Counted from the first letter of the stretch, positions 1-11,540 are shown. The stretch is DNA of 64,000 nt from Basidiobolus meristosporus CBS 931.73 (GCA_002104905.1 MCFE01000310.1:1-64000); one strand, 5' to 3'. Notes: generated from the letters alone by a model not told the origin. Translations and numbers: made by a program.

Positions 1-325
1 CAGGAAGATTTTGTTGTTGAACAATGCGCTTATATATCATGCTGTCTATCCACGAAATGTACCAATCCATGTCGTACCAGGTTAAAATTAGAACATCCCA
101 CGGTATAGGTGATTTATTAATGGCGGTTAGCAATATAGGGCCTGAATTTGGTATGGAAGCAAATCTTGGCCTCTTCACATATCTATTAGGATAAATTTCC
201 ACTCGATTTGAGAGAATGTAACACTTGAGTAATTACTGCTAAACATCTATTTCAGGCAAATTCGCAACCCATTAATTGTTTCTATGTCGGAATATCCTTT
301 ATTGGAAGTGATCTTCACGGAATGA

Positions 326-1756
326 TCACAATTCATTCAGTGCACTTTCTGGTCTTCCATGGGTGTACGTGTGGTTCAGAATATTTAAAACGGTTGCCTG
401 GGAATACAATGATGGTTCACCAATGGTATTCGACTAGCTCACTACGTCAGGAACTTACCTCGAATCTGTGGAAAGTCCCGGTTGTTTGCCAACCAATATG
501 AGGCAACAATGTTACTCGATCACAGGAGAGCAGATAAGGGTCCACCATTGGCTCGTTTTCATAGACATCCAGTCCCGCGGCAAAGATCTTGATTTGGGGT
601 TAGAACTGACATCTCTGAGTTGTATGAACTCCACCACTGACCTTGCCTGACTTCAAACCACTGACCAAAGCGGCTTCCTCAATTATCTTTCCTCGCCCAG
701 TGTTGACGATAACCACATTATCCTTCATTTTCTGTAAGGATTTTTCGTTGATTAGATGGCAATTGTCCTTATTGAGGGGAGCGTTGATGCTGAGGATGTC
801 AATGGTCGCAAGGAATTCATCAAGCGGCAAATATGTTGCTTGGTATAATTCCTCCTCTAATGAGAGTTAGTTCAACTATTTGGGTTCGTGATGAGGACAA
901 TTAGCTATCCAACCAGATTTACTCAAAGGCTGACGGTTATGGTAGAATATTTCCACATCAAATCCGAGGGCACGTCTAGCCACCGACTGGCGAGAGGTAC
1001 ATCAGAACCCCAACTTGTATGCTTGTTCGGAGCAACTCACGTACCTTTCCGATCTTTCCCATGCCCAAAATACCTAACTTCTTTCCCTTCATGTCCATTC
1101 CCATCTGGATGCCATCTCTCCATAGGCCTATTGTAAAGTTAAGAAATGACCAGGAGCAGCTCTAACCTTGGACAAGAGTACCTTTCCGCAATAATTGCTC
1201 GGCTTGATACGTTTGCCTACACGCTGAAAGAATCAGGTGAACGGCTATCTCAGCAGTGGAATCGCATGCTCCACCAGGCACATTGGTGACCCAGATTCCT
1301 AAGCCAAAGGATTAGTTCAAGATCCGGATTTATTGTTAACTGGCCATACCTCTGCTTGTGGCTTCTTCCAGATCAACATTATCGTACCCAGCTGCACCAA
1401 TGGCGATCAGCTTTAGGCTGTCAGGCAACAGAGAAAAGATCTCATGGTCGAATCTTTCGATCTATGGTTTGAAGAGGGTCAGATTGAACAACAAGATGCG
1501 TAAACCATCACCATACTATTTCGAATTCTATGAACAGAATGGCGAATAGATCATCGTAGTAGCCTTCTTTGAGATTCTTTATAAACATCTCTCTGTTTGG
1601 TTCGGTATGGAACTGCCGTAGATAATGAGTTAGTAAAGAAATGGAGAAGATCAGCAGTATACTTACTTTGAAATTAAATTCCGATGACAACTCTTCGTAT
1701 AACTCACTGGCATGCTCCAGGGTACCCGAAACGAGAACTGTAGGCTTGATGGTCAT
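326..1756 (-). CDS. D-isomer-specific 2-hydroxyacid dehydrogenase (glyoxylate/hydroxypyruvate/hydroxyphenylpyruvate reductase-like), multi-exon
   Basis: Spliced translation gives MTIKPTVLVSG..., WVTNVPG, Rossmann KLGILGMGKIG, FYHNR, NTGRG (Arg), AAGLDVYENEP (Glu), LLPHIG (His). Stop TGA at 328-326 after GT-AG introns read manually. Confidence 0.9.
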
Positions 1757-2257
1757 GGTTGGTATGATGACCGTTTTACAACAGCAGAGCGGTATTTAAA
1801 TTTCGTTCTCATGGTAAGCTTCGCCGGACCAATATATACAAAGAGTAGAGCAACCCGGGATAGGTCAAGAATCTTCTGAAACCAATGAGCGTGTAACAAC
1901 AACATTGTCGATCATATCCTCTATGGGGTAAATAACGTTACAGATGGTTACGGTAATAAGCGGTATCTTACTGTGTTGTAGTACCAACTTTGCCACCAAT
2001 TTTGGGGGAATGTTTCCCGATTCTTAATGCAGTGGCAGAATTGATGAAGGTGGTCATGATGGGTACTGTGTGCAACAGGTACAAGCTCTCCATTCCGAAC
2101 AACCATTTTCCATTGGGTGCACCGGGCATCCCATTCGGCTGCTACTATTTGTCCGTAGTTTGGAGGCCCGAACTTGATACCAAACTGGAAGGCTTCTAGA
2201 TAGATATAAGAAGGAAGGATTTTCTATCAACACCAACCATCAAAGCTTCCAAGTAAA

Positions 2258-3932
2258 ATGACTGTTGAAGAACCCACTTCATTGATTGAGGTCAACTCCT
2301 TTGTCGCAAATCTCCCGGTTACAGATGGTTCGTCGCAAAGCAATATCACCGGGTGCCCGAAAACTAATCCTTGCTCTCTAATAGTCAGATCTTTATTCAA
2401 CCAAGCTACAATTCAGTACCAATCCAGTAACCTTGGCCATGGATTCATGAAGTAAGCGGCATCCGTGAAGTGCTGAATACCTTGGTTCTAACGAAGCATA
2501 CAGTTTTCCAGTTCCCGAGTTCATAAAGGAAGCTGCAGCCGGCATCATCCAAGCTGATGAGTTCAACCAGTATGCCCCTCCCCGTGGAGTGCCAAGGCTT
2601 CGCCGGGTACACTTTTCACAACTCCCATTGGGTTTTCACACCAGACCCTAACTGTTTCCTAGGCACTTGCAAAGGATTATTCACCAAAGATTGGACGGGA
2701 GCTTGATCCCGAGAAAGAGATCATCATCACGGCAGGAGCCAACGAAGGCTTACTCAGTATTATGCACTCATTTTGCAAGCCAGGTAATAAGTAACACCTT
2801 GTTGCACTTTCGGGGATTTCCCGGCTAAACAGCTTTGCAGGCGATGAGGTGATCATGTTCGAGCCATATTTCGATGCCTATGTGGTAAGATCTTTGTCGA
2901 CGCCATCCATAAGTGGTTTCTAACAGTCGTCTTTAGTCTCATATCAAAATGCTCAATGCAACCCCTGTCTACTGCCCATTACGCATCAACCCCAGCACCG
3001 ACTGTAGCAAGCCATACTCGTCATCTGATTACTACATTGATATTTCTGAACTGCGTTCCAAAGTATCTCCAAGAACCAAGATGATGATCCTCAATTCACC
3101 GCATAATCCGTTTGGGAAGATATTTAGCAGAGAGGAGCTCCGGGAGATCGGCCAAGTAGCCATTGAGAACAACATTCTCATCGTTAGTGATGAGGTGGTA
3201 AGTGTGGATAAATCCAGCCCATCATCTGGCAACACCGGTTTAATCCGCATATAGTATGACAGGGTCGTTTTCTCGCCCAACCAGCTGGTGCGAGTGAACT
3301 CTATCCCTGAACTGTGGGATCGTACTATAACTGTTTACAGCGGAGGAAAGAGCTTCGGGATCACTGGATGGCGTATCGGGTGGGTGGTTGGACCACAGAA
3401 ATTAATGCGATACGTTACTGGGGCACATGCTGAAATGGTGTACTGTGCCAACGCCCCCCTACAGGTAGGCATTACTGCAGGTCATAACGGGTCTTTCATT
3501 CCACTTATTTCCCACGATTAGGAAGCAGTTGGGCTTGCCTTTGAGCAAGCGGAATCCAACGGATTCTTCACTAAGCAGCTGGCAAAGTACACCCGTCTCT
3601 GCCACAAACTCATGGATGCCTTCGATAGAGTTGGCTTGCCATACGTCATTCCGCAAGGGGGTATTTTCTTGCTAGTGGATACCTCCAAGGTGCGTATCCC
3701 AGCCCACTTGGAGTTCCCTGAAGAAATTGCATCCCGGGGTGAAACGTACAAGATGTGCTACTTCATCACACGAGATATTGGGGTCACCGCTATACCCGCA
3801 ACTGAATTCTATTCCTCTAAGCATGCCTACCTGGCACAGAACATCCTTCGCTTTGCATTCTGCAAGACCGATGACATCATCGATGAGGCAGCCGAACGTC
3901 TCCAAAAACTCACCCAGTACATAATGGACTAG
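2258..3932 (+). CDS. PLP-dependent class I/II aminotransferase, kynurenine/glutamine transaminase (Bna3/KAT-like), multi-exon
   Basis: Exons encode SLFNQ...NLGHGFM, QYAPPRG, ITAGANEG, FEPYFDAY, LNSPHNPFGK, SDEV, the PLP-Lys motif SGGKSFGITGWRIGW, and LRFAFCK. Confidence 0.9.
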
Positions 3933-4293
3933 ATCCATCGATGTATGACAAGATAATGAACTAAAATCACCATTGTATGACAAGATCGCATAAATCTCAA
4001 TAAATATCAGTAATCCTAACTTGGCACTTTACTCCCACGGTAACACAGTATTCACAACAATCAGTTAAGCTTAGTTTATTGAGGAAATCATAGCTATTTA
4101 TCATGTTGGTAGTGTTGTGGAACAGTAGACCAGTGATCCATCGAGGCAAATTTTATTAGCGACTGTAAAGGTGCAGGATTCAGACAGAATGATAGCAGCG
4201 GCGATGGTGTAGGATTAAGCCAAAATAATAGCAGTTGTGACAGTGTAGGATCACGCCATAATTAAGGTTTCATTTTGTTTTATTCACCGGACA

Positions 4294-5823
4294 TTAGTTG
4301 GCCATATTGACTTTAGATACATTCTCATGTCGTGGGATAAATTTGGCATCGTAAGGCAATGGACTGAAACTCTTGGTAAAGCGAACAGTCTCGACATCGA
4401 TGATATGCCCTGGTTCGTGGGGTTCGATTCGGAATGCCCACAAAAGTCTAGAGATGACACAGAACAGTTCACGCTCCGCCAAGAAGATTCCTGGGCATCC
4501 ACGGCGACCAATACCAAAGGCGAAATGATCCCGCTTATGGATGTCGCCGATGTGAGCAAGGTTCGCGGCCGACTCCTCAACGCCGAGATAACGATCAGGG
4601 TTGAATTGATGAGGATCCTTGTGTCGCTTAGGATCAAAGTCAATGGTATACGAGTTCAGCAACATGATAGTGTTTTTAGGAATGAAGTAGCCCTTGTAGG
4701 TATCATCATTGGAGGTAGCATGGGCAATTCCTAGGAAGGACTTTGGACGATAACGCATGGTCTCCTTGATGACGGCGCGGAGGTAAGGCATCTTGCTCTC
4801 GTCACTTGGAAGAGGAACACGATCACGACCGACTACTTGGTCCATCTCCTCATGAATTCTCTCCTGAATTCCAGGATGATTGGCCATTAATGCGGTGAAC
4901 CACATAAGCATAATTGATGGACCATCTGAGCCGGCAATCATCATAGCAGCACACAGATTCACGATATCAAGCTCTTCCAAATCGTACTCGCCCTGGTTCT
5001 CCAGGATATGCTTTGCAAAGCAAGGAATTGCCACTCCTTGCTCTATCTCTTCCTTCAACTGATTCAAGAACTTAAGGGCAAGTCCCTCTCTGCGATCGCG
5101 GAGTGCTGTGGCCTTTGCGCGTAGACTGGTAGGAAGCCATCTCAGGATGGGGAATAGATCTAACATTCTGGATGCCTTATCAACGGAAGTGATGCCGAAC
5201 ATCTCGTCGTTAACGTACTTCAATTCCTCAATCACAGGATCGTTGACATCTTTAACGCGATAGCCGAAAGACATGGTCAAGATGGTGTTGAAAGAGAATC
5301 TGACCAGACTAGTGGCAGGGTCAAACGATTTTGCGCCGGATTCACCTTGCTCAAGCAAGCTTTGTACCAAATCCCTAGACTCCTTTTCGATGATTGGCTG
5401 GTATGACTCGACAACATATGGGTGAAGGGTGCTATGGACAAGCTTACGGAGAAGTCTCCAATAGTCACCGTAAGGGGCCATGGTAATGGAGCGACCACCA
5501 CGAGCAATAATCTCGGTAGCAAGATAACCTTGGCTACGGGAATTATAATTACGCCCACGGATAATAAAGAGATCCCTGGCAATGTCAATGTCGTTGACAA
5601 CGACAATCAGCTGAGAACCAACGCGGACGGATATCAAAGGCCCGTATTTTTTGCTCCACTTTGTAAAAGTCTCGTAAGGCAAGTTTCCGACATCCAAGAG
5701 ACTGCCGATGATCGGCCAACCACGGGGCCCTGGGGGAAGAGGGCCAGGATAGCGACGACTATGGTAGATACCAAGGCCAATTAAAATTAGACCTAGTATC
5801 ACGGCGATGGTGTTATACTCCAT
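4294..5823 (-). CDS. Cytochrome P450 (microsomal, clan CYP64/CYP2-like), intronless, 509 aa
   Basis: N-terminal TM anchor, PPGPRGWP hinge, ExxR (ETMR), PDRY, heme motif FGIGRRGCPG. I-helix reads AGSDGPS. Confidence 0.95.
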   Translation of the reverse strand: MEYNTIAVILGLILIGLGIYHSRRYPGPLPPGPRGWPIIGSLLDVGNLPYETFTKWSKKYGPLISVRVGSQLIVVVNDIDIARDLFIIRGRNYNSRSQGYLATEIIARGGRSITMAPYGDYWRLLRKLVHSTLHPYVVESYQPIIEKESRDLVQSLLEQGESGAKSFDPATSLVRFSFNTILTMSFGYRVKDVNDPVIEELKYVNDEMFGITSVDKASRMLDLFPILRWLPTSLRAKATALRDRREGLALKFLNQLKEEIEQGVAIPCFAKHILENQGEYDLEELDIVNLCAAMMIAGSDGPSIMLMWFTALMANHPGIQERIHEEMDQVVGRDRVPLPSDESKMPYLRAVIKETMRYRPKSFLGIAHATSNDDTYKGYFIPKNTIMLLNSYTIDFDPKRHKDPHQFNPDRYLGVEESAANLAHIGDIHKRDHFAFGIGRRGCPGIFLAERELFCVISRLLWAFRIEPHEPGHIIDVETVRFTKSFSPLPYDAKFIPRHENVSKVNMAN

Positions 5824-6103
5824 TGTGTGTGAGGATTGGACTCGTAGATTTGTCTATTTATATAGAAATCTATGGACCGGCCTTCATCTAACCATAAAGC
5901 CCGTATCAACCAGGGCCCCATACAGAAAGTTACACCACCGCTTACTTTTGTCTAACAGGAAATTTCCACCAGTCGGCCACCTCGCTTTGCCTGGAAATAT
6001 GAAACTTCTCGACGACAGCAAATAGGCGGCGTGATTCTTCCGTTTGAGCACCCACATAATTGCTAAACCAGGCAAGGATCGTTCATCACCATATTAGTAT
6101 CAC

Positions 6104-6120
6104 TTACCCATGATGGGTAA
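6104..6120. promoter_or_regulatory. Perfect inverted repeat TTACCCAT-G-ATGGGTAA in the P450/E1 divergent promoter; candidate dimeric TF site
   Basis: 8-bp arms with a 1-bp spacer, read directly from the sequence. Function is inferred. Confidence 0.3.
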
Positions 6121-6655
6121 ATACCCTCGCCGGGAGAAATGTAAGTTACCGCATCGTACATCCTACCCGTCCAGGAGATATGCATGATTGGATTCGGAGA
6201 TGACAAAAATCAGCACAGGAGAACGTTGTTACTCAAATTATTCATATTGGCTCGAACCTGACACTCTGGGGATGGTTCTTACGCCTGTGTCCAGGGACTT
6301 GAGTGTTCACAGGATGATCTTCCCTTTTTTTGGGTTCCGAAGAAGCCGGCAACATTTTAGGTGCCCAAGGTACATGAGTAACTTTCTTTGGAATGCTTTG
6401 ACCCTGTAGAATCGTAAACGGAGTAATACAATGCTATTGCACGACATCCACACCAAGCTATTTTCAACAACGGAGAGATACTTGTACAAATCAGTTATGA
6501 TACGAGGCGCAGATGGGAGATAATTGGTGATTCTTGAAAAGCTCTCACCGAACTCTTCTCATGGAAACTAATAAATAGCGCAAAACGAGTGCATCTCAAC
6601 TCATCGGCAATAGATCTTCCGTTTTCAAGAACTTTAACCTGGCCAGCGCATCAAG

Positions 6656-9636
6656 ATGACTGTATCCTATCCTGTTGAATCCACCTTCTACGGCCCTCGC
6701 AGCCTCAAGAAAGCTCCAGTGTCAGAATGTTGGTACCTTCTCTGGCCTCAAGCTCCGGCCTCCCAAAGCTAACGCATCTTTTCCAACTTAGACTCTGCCG
6801 CTGAAATCGAAAATCGTATTGAGAACAGCAACCTCGTTCGCCTTGTGGAAGCCTATCGCACATTTGGCCATCGTGGAGCTAAGATCGATCCTCTGGGCCT
6901 CTGGATTCGCGAGTGAGTGATCTATAGCACAGTGAATGCATAGTAGAACCTACCAACTAAACTACGTCCTAGCCGCGATGCATCCCTCAATCCAGGATTA
7001 TATGGATTAACCGATATGGATCAAATTTTTAACCTGGAAGGTACATGCACCATCCTCATGAGAAAGTGAAACAGTGACTAACGCTGCTGCCAACCTAGGG
7101 ATCGTCAAGTTGAGCGGACTCAAAAAAGCCACCCTATCTCAGATCATTGATCACTTGGAGAAGACCTACTGCGGCCACCTGGCCTTTGAATTCATGCACA
7201 TTGCGGTAAGATTACCTACGCCAACCAACCACCACCTGGTATTGTACTAATCCTGCTCAGGATGACAATGTTCGCAGGTGGTTTGCCGACAAGGCCGAGA
7301 CCTACCTGGCCACCACCTTCAGCACACAGGAGAAGGAGAAGTTCCTGGAGCTTATCACCAAATCTGAAACGTTTGATCACTTCATGCTTCGTGAGTGCGG
7401 TCGCTTAAAGCAATTCAGTATTGAGGGTACCGAGAGTGCCCTGATCGCCCTCCAACAGGTTTTGGAGCATGCCAGCAAGAATGGAGTTCTGGATGTGGTC
7501 ATGTGCTTAACCCATCGCTGCCGTATGCAAATTATGATGGAGATCCTCGGCGTTCCACAAGCCTATTTATTCAGAAAATTCCAAGGTCTCTCGGAATTCC
7601 CTGATGACATTCCATCCCACATCATTGGTGATCTTGTATACAATGCTCAAGCATCCATCGATCTGAATTTGGGTGGGGAGAACCCATTGCATGTATCTGT
7701 GGTCCCCAATCCATGCCATCTGGAACTTGTCAACCCGGTGGCCCTGGGAAAGGTCCGTGCTAAGCAGGCTGACTACCTTTCTCGGGAAACTGAGGATTAC
7801 AAGGTGGAAGACATGGTAATGAGCGTCCAGATGCATGGAGACGGCGCTTTCACTGGCCAAGGTGTAGTGACTGAGACTTTGGGGCTTACCAACCTCCCTC
7901 ATTTCACCACTGGAGGCAGCATCCATATAGTTTTGAACAACCAGATTGGTGTTTCCACTGATCCCATCAATGGTCGTTCTACCATGTACTCTTCCGACAT
8001 TGGTAAGATGGTGGAAACCCCAGCGATCCATGTGAACGGTGACCACCCCGAATTGGCTGCTATCGCCGGAAGAATTGCTGTCGATTATCGCAAGACGTTC
8101 GGCAAGGACATTATCATTGACATGATTACTTATCGTCGCCGCGGCCACAACGAGACTGAGGATCCATACTACACTCAGCCGGTGATGTACAAGGAGATCG
8201 AAACCCACGACGGTCTTCCAGTTGTGTACTCCAAGCAGTTGCTTGAGGAAGGAGCCGTCGATTCTATGAACTTGATCGAGGAAACCAAGAAAACCCACGA
8301 CAAGTATTTAACTGAATGCTTCCAGAACGCCTCCAAATTCAAGGTGGAGCCATCTCATCTTCTTGGAAAATGGAAGTCCATGGTTATTCCCGAGGAAACC
8401 ATCAGTAAAATGGACACTGGCGTTGATTTGGAAATTCTCCATAAAGTCGGACTCCAATCGGTCACTGTTCCTGAAAGCATAGAGGTCAACGCCAAGGTCA
8501 ATGAGGTGAACATTCAGCCCCGTTTGAAGCAGTTACAGCAAAGAGACAACATTGGTTACCCAGCAGCCGAGGCAATGGCCCTTGGCTCCCTCCTACTTGA
8601 AGGATACGATGTTCGCATTTGTGGACAGGACGTTGCTCGTGGTGTCTGTATTCCCAGACACACCATGATCACTTGCCAAAAGACTAACACCAAATACGCC
8701 CCATTGAACAAGTTGTCTGACAACCAAGGGCGTTTGGAATTGGTAGATAGTCCTCTTGGCGAATTGGCGGTAATGAGTTTCGAATACGGCATGTCCTTGG
8801 AAACCCCCAATCGCTTGAATATTTGGGAGGCTCAATTGGGCGACTTCTACAATGGAGCTCAGGAAGTCATTGATGGCTTCATCTCTGGCGGAGAAGAGAA
8901 GTGGCTCAGACAGTCAGGATTGGTCCTTGTGTTGCCTCACGGATACGATGGTGCCGGTCCAGAGCACACTTCCTGCCGTATTGAAAGATTCCTTCAGCTT
9001 TCCAGCGATCGCTACGACGTGAATAACCCTGACATTCCTAACAATGTCAACTGGCACGTAGTCAACTGCTCGACCCCCGCACAATACTACCACGTTTTGC
9101 GTCGTCAAATGAAGCGTAATTTCCGCAAACCCCTCATTGTTGCCGGCCCTAAGAAATTGATTCGTCTTCCAAATGCTGTCTCAAGCATGGACGACATGGC
9201 CCCCGGTACATCTTTCCAACCAGTAATTGCCGATGGTGAGGCTGATATCAGCTCAGTCCAAAGAGTTGTATTTGTGTCCGGGAAGTTGTACTACGAATTG
9301 CTTGAGCAAAGAGAGAAGAGAGGTCTTATCAACCAAGTTGCGTTGGTAAGAGTTGAGGAATTCTCACCCTTCCCCAAGAATGACCTTGAGGTTGAGATCC
9401 GCAAGTATGCCACTGCTACTGAATTCGTTTGGTGCCAAGAGGAAACCCAGAATGGCGGTGCCTGGAACCATATGGAGCCTAGATTCAATCAAATCTTGCC
9501 CAACGGACATAGAATCAAGTATGTTGGCCGTGGACCTTGTGCTGCTCCCGCTAATGGTATCTACATGATGCACCTTCGCGAACAAAATCAAATCCATGAG
9601 GATGCTTTCACACTTGCCCCCTCAACTTCTGCTTAG
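6656..9636 (+). CDS. DHTKD1: 2-oxoacid dehydrogenase E1 (OGDH/DHTKD1 family), divergent; several 5' introns
   Basis: 5' exons encode NLVRLVEAYRTFGHRGAKIDPLGL and FEFMH. The long exon has NPCHLE, the ThDP motif HGDGAFTGQG...LNNQIG, YRRRGHNE, WEAQLGDF, LPHGYDGAGPEHTSCR and WCQEETQN. Confidence 0.88.
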
Positions 9637-10047
9637 TCTGATTACTAGTGATGTTGAAGCCTTGACTGCATTTTGTATTTTTTATCTTCTTTAATTCCTA
9701 TTTCTGCCTACTCATTGATAAATAAAATGAAGGATGCTATCAATATACGATCATAGTTACTTCTGTATGACATTCAATCAACGATCCCTTTTTATAGCAA
9801 AGCCGGGTTTTCTCTGGGCACGCATCTCCAAGATGCCCTAAATGATATTTAGCTATAGTTAAACTATGCCATTTCGATTGATCGTTTGTAATCAGCAGCC
9901 TATCCTTGAGCTAATCGTAAAACCTCCATCCTTTATCTCTGATCCTACTGAATATATGAGTGCACAAACAATTGGGAAGCATGCGAGGATGTCTAATCAT
10001 AACTTTACTTGAGCAGACAGGGACAGTCTATCAGCCTATGTTTCTAA

Positions 10048-10824
10048 CTACAATTTACGCCTTTTCCGTTGCTGGCCCCGCTCGGTAGGCTGATGCTGAT
10101 TCGGTACACGCTTTAATGAATTACCCTGAATAGGTGAGGCAAACCAGTTCCTTATTTTTTGAACAAAGGAGCTGGACTTCCCGCTATCGACAGTGTTTCC
10201 ACAGGAGCTACCTGTACAGAGGAAATTGAAGCAATGGATTTTGCTCTTCTCTTCTTTCGACTGGTAAGCTTCGGGAAAAGTGGTTCTATTTTTCTCTAAA
10301 GGGATATTTTCCTTCTCCGGTGAGGCTTTAAGTAGGGTTCGAGAGGGAGGGCGTCTTGGAGAGTTTTTCGAAGCTCTGCAAGTTGAAGATTTGGGCTGAG
10401 AGGATCTCCTTGAAACTGGTCTAGCACTGGCCTCGTTTTGGTGAAAGTTTGGTAGGAATACGGAGTTATTATGATATGGGAAACACTTCGGTGGCGGTGG
10501 CGCTTGACAGTACCATACGAAATTCGTATCCTTCGATGCTTTACTTTTTTCTTTAATAGGGCGATACGCAGTGGGATTACGATTGGTCTCGCTTTCAAGT
10601 GGCGGGGTAAAAAGGGCTGACGGGTATGGTAATGGAGTATTATGGTCAATGGACTTATTTGGGGATGGTTCGATCGTCTCCTCCTCTTGGAGTTCAGCGG
10701 ACCTTTTCCTAAAAGTATTGAAACTACAAGAGGAATGGCTGGAGACTGAGCCACTCACTGTGCGACCTTTACGAGAGGATTGAGTTGAATATCCAGAGTC
10801 CGAATTGGTAGCGTCCTCATTCAT
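10048..10824 (-). CDS. Hypothetical Ser/Pro/Arg-rich, probably disordered protein (258 aa) with a basic C-terminal NLS-like RKRRKL
   Basis: Single ATG-initiated ORF filling an intergenic gap. No family motif recognised. Confidence 0.55.
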   Translation of the reverse strand: MNEDATNSDSGYSTQSSRKGRTVSGSVSSHSSCSFNTFRKRSAELQEEETIEPSPNKSIDHNTPLPYPSALFTPPLESETNRNPTAYRPIKEKSKASKDTNFVWYCQAPPPPKCFPYHNNSVFLPNFHQNEASARPVSRRSSQPKSSTCRASKNSPRRPPSRTLLKASPEKENIPLEKNRTTFPEAYQSKEEKSKIHCFNFLCTGSSCGNTVDSGKSSSFVQKIRNWFASPIQGNSLKRVPNQHQPTERGQQRKRRKL

Positions 10825-11540
10825 ATTTCTAATCGGAGCGTAGTATGGTGCAGGTCGTTATGTTGTGTTTATACTTCAAGAGTCAAAGCACTAGTAAAGG
10901 AGGAACTCACCAAGAGAGGTTAACTACTCTTGAGAGCATGTAGTCTCAATCTATACTTTCGAAGCTTCAAACTCCTCAGTATCAATCAAACAAAGCCAAC
11001 GAAACAGGAAAAACAGAATATCACACAAAATTGTCTAATAACAGAGCTTTAAATAAGATGTATTCACATCGGCTAGTGAAAATCACTTCTAATATCAGAA
11101 TACCAATTCGCAGCCAGGAAAAAGAAAAGCAAAGCACCTATTGAGTGGTATCACAAGGCAATCAACATACTCACCATGGGGTTGCATTGCTACCATGTAT
11201 CATTCTATAACTCTCACGTTGACTAAATGTGTTAATCTTGATCAATCATGTGACATGGATGTATAAGCTTTTCTATATGCTTATAAATGCGCTTGTGACA
11301 TGCATTGTATTCTCGGGTAGAGCCAAGTGCGTGCATGAAATCATATATATGCATGGCGGATGTTATCTCGGCTACCCTACTTATTTCGAGAAATGGCAGA
11401 CGCGAAAACCACCAGATCAAATTAAATATGGATCTCGAGTTTATTCATTTGAAATGGGCCAATTGTGATGGATTAGTTTGCCATGAAAATCAACGGAAAC
11501 ACGATTAGTGCTGCTCAACAACGGACACACCCAATACAAT

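Noticed and set aside
7567-8298. 243-aa minus-strand ORF inside the E1 gene (similarly 19567-20145 inside SERCA, and ORFs inside the P450 and DPP5)
   Set aside because: Antisense to well-supported genes, with no independent features.
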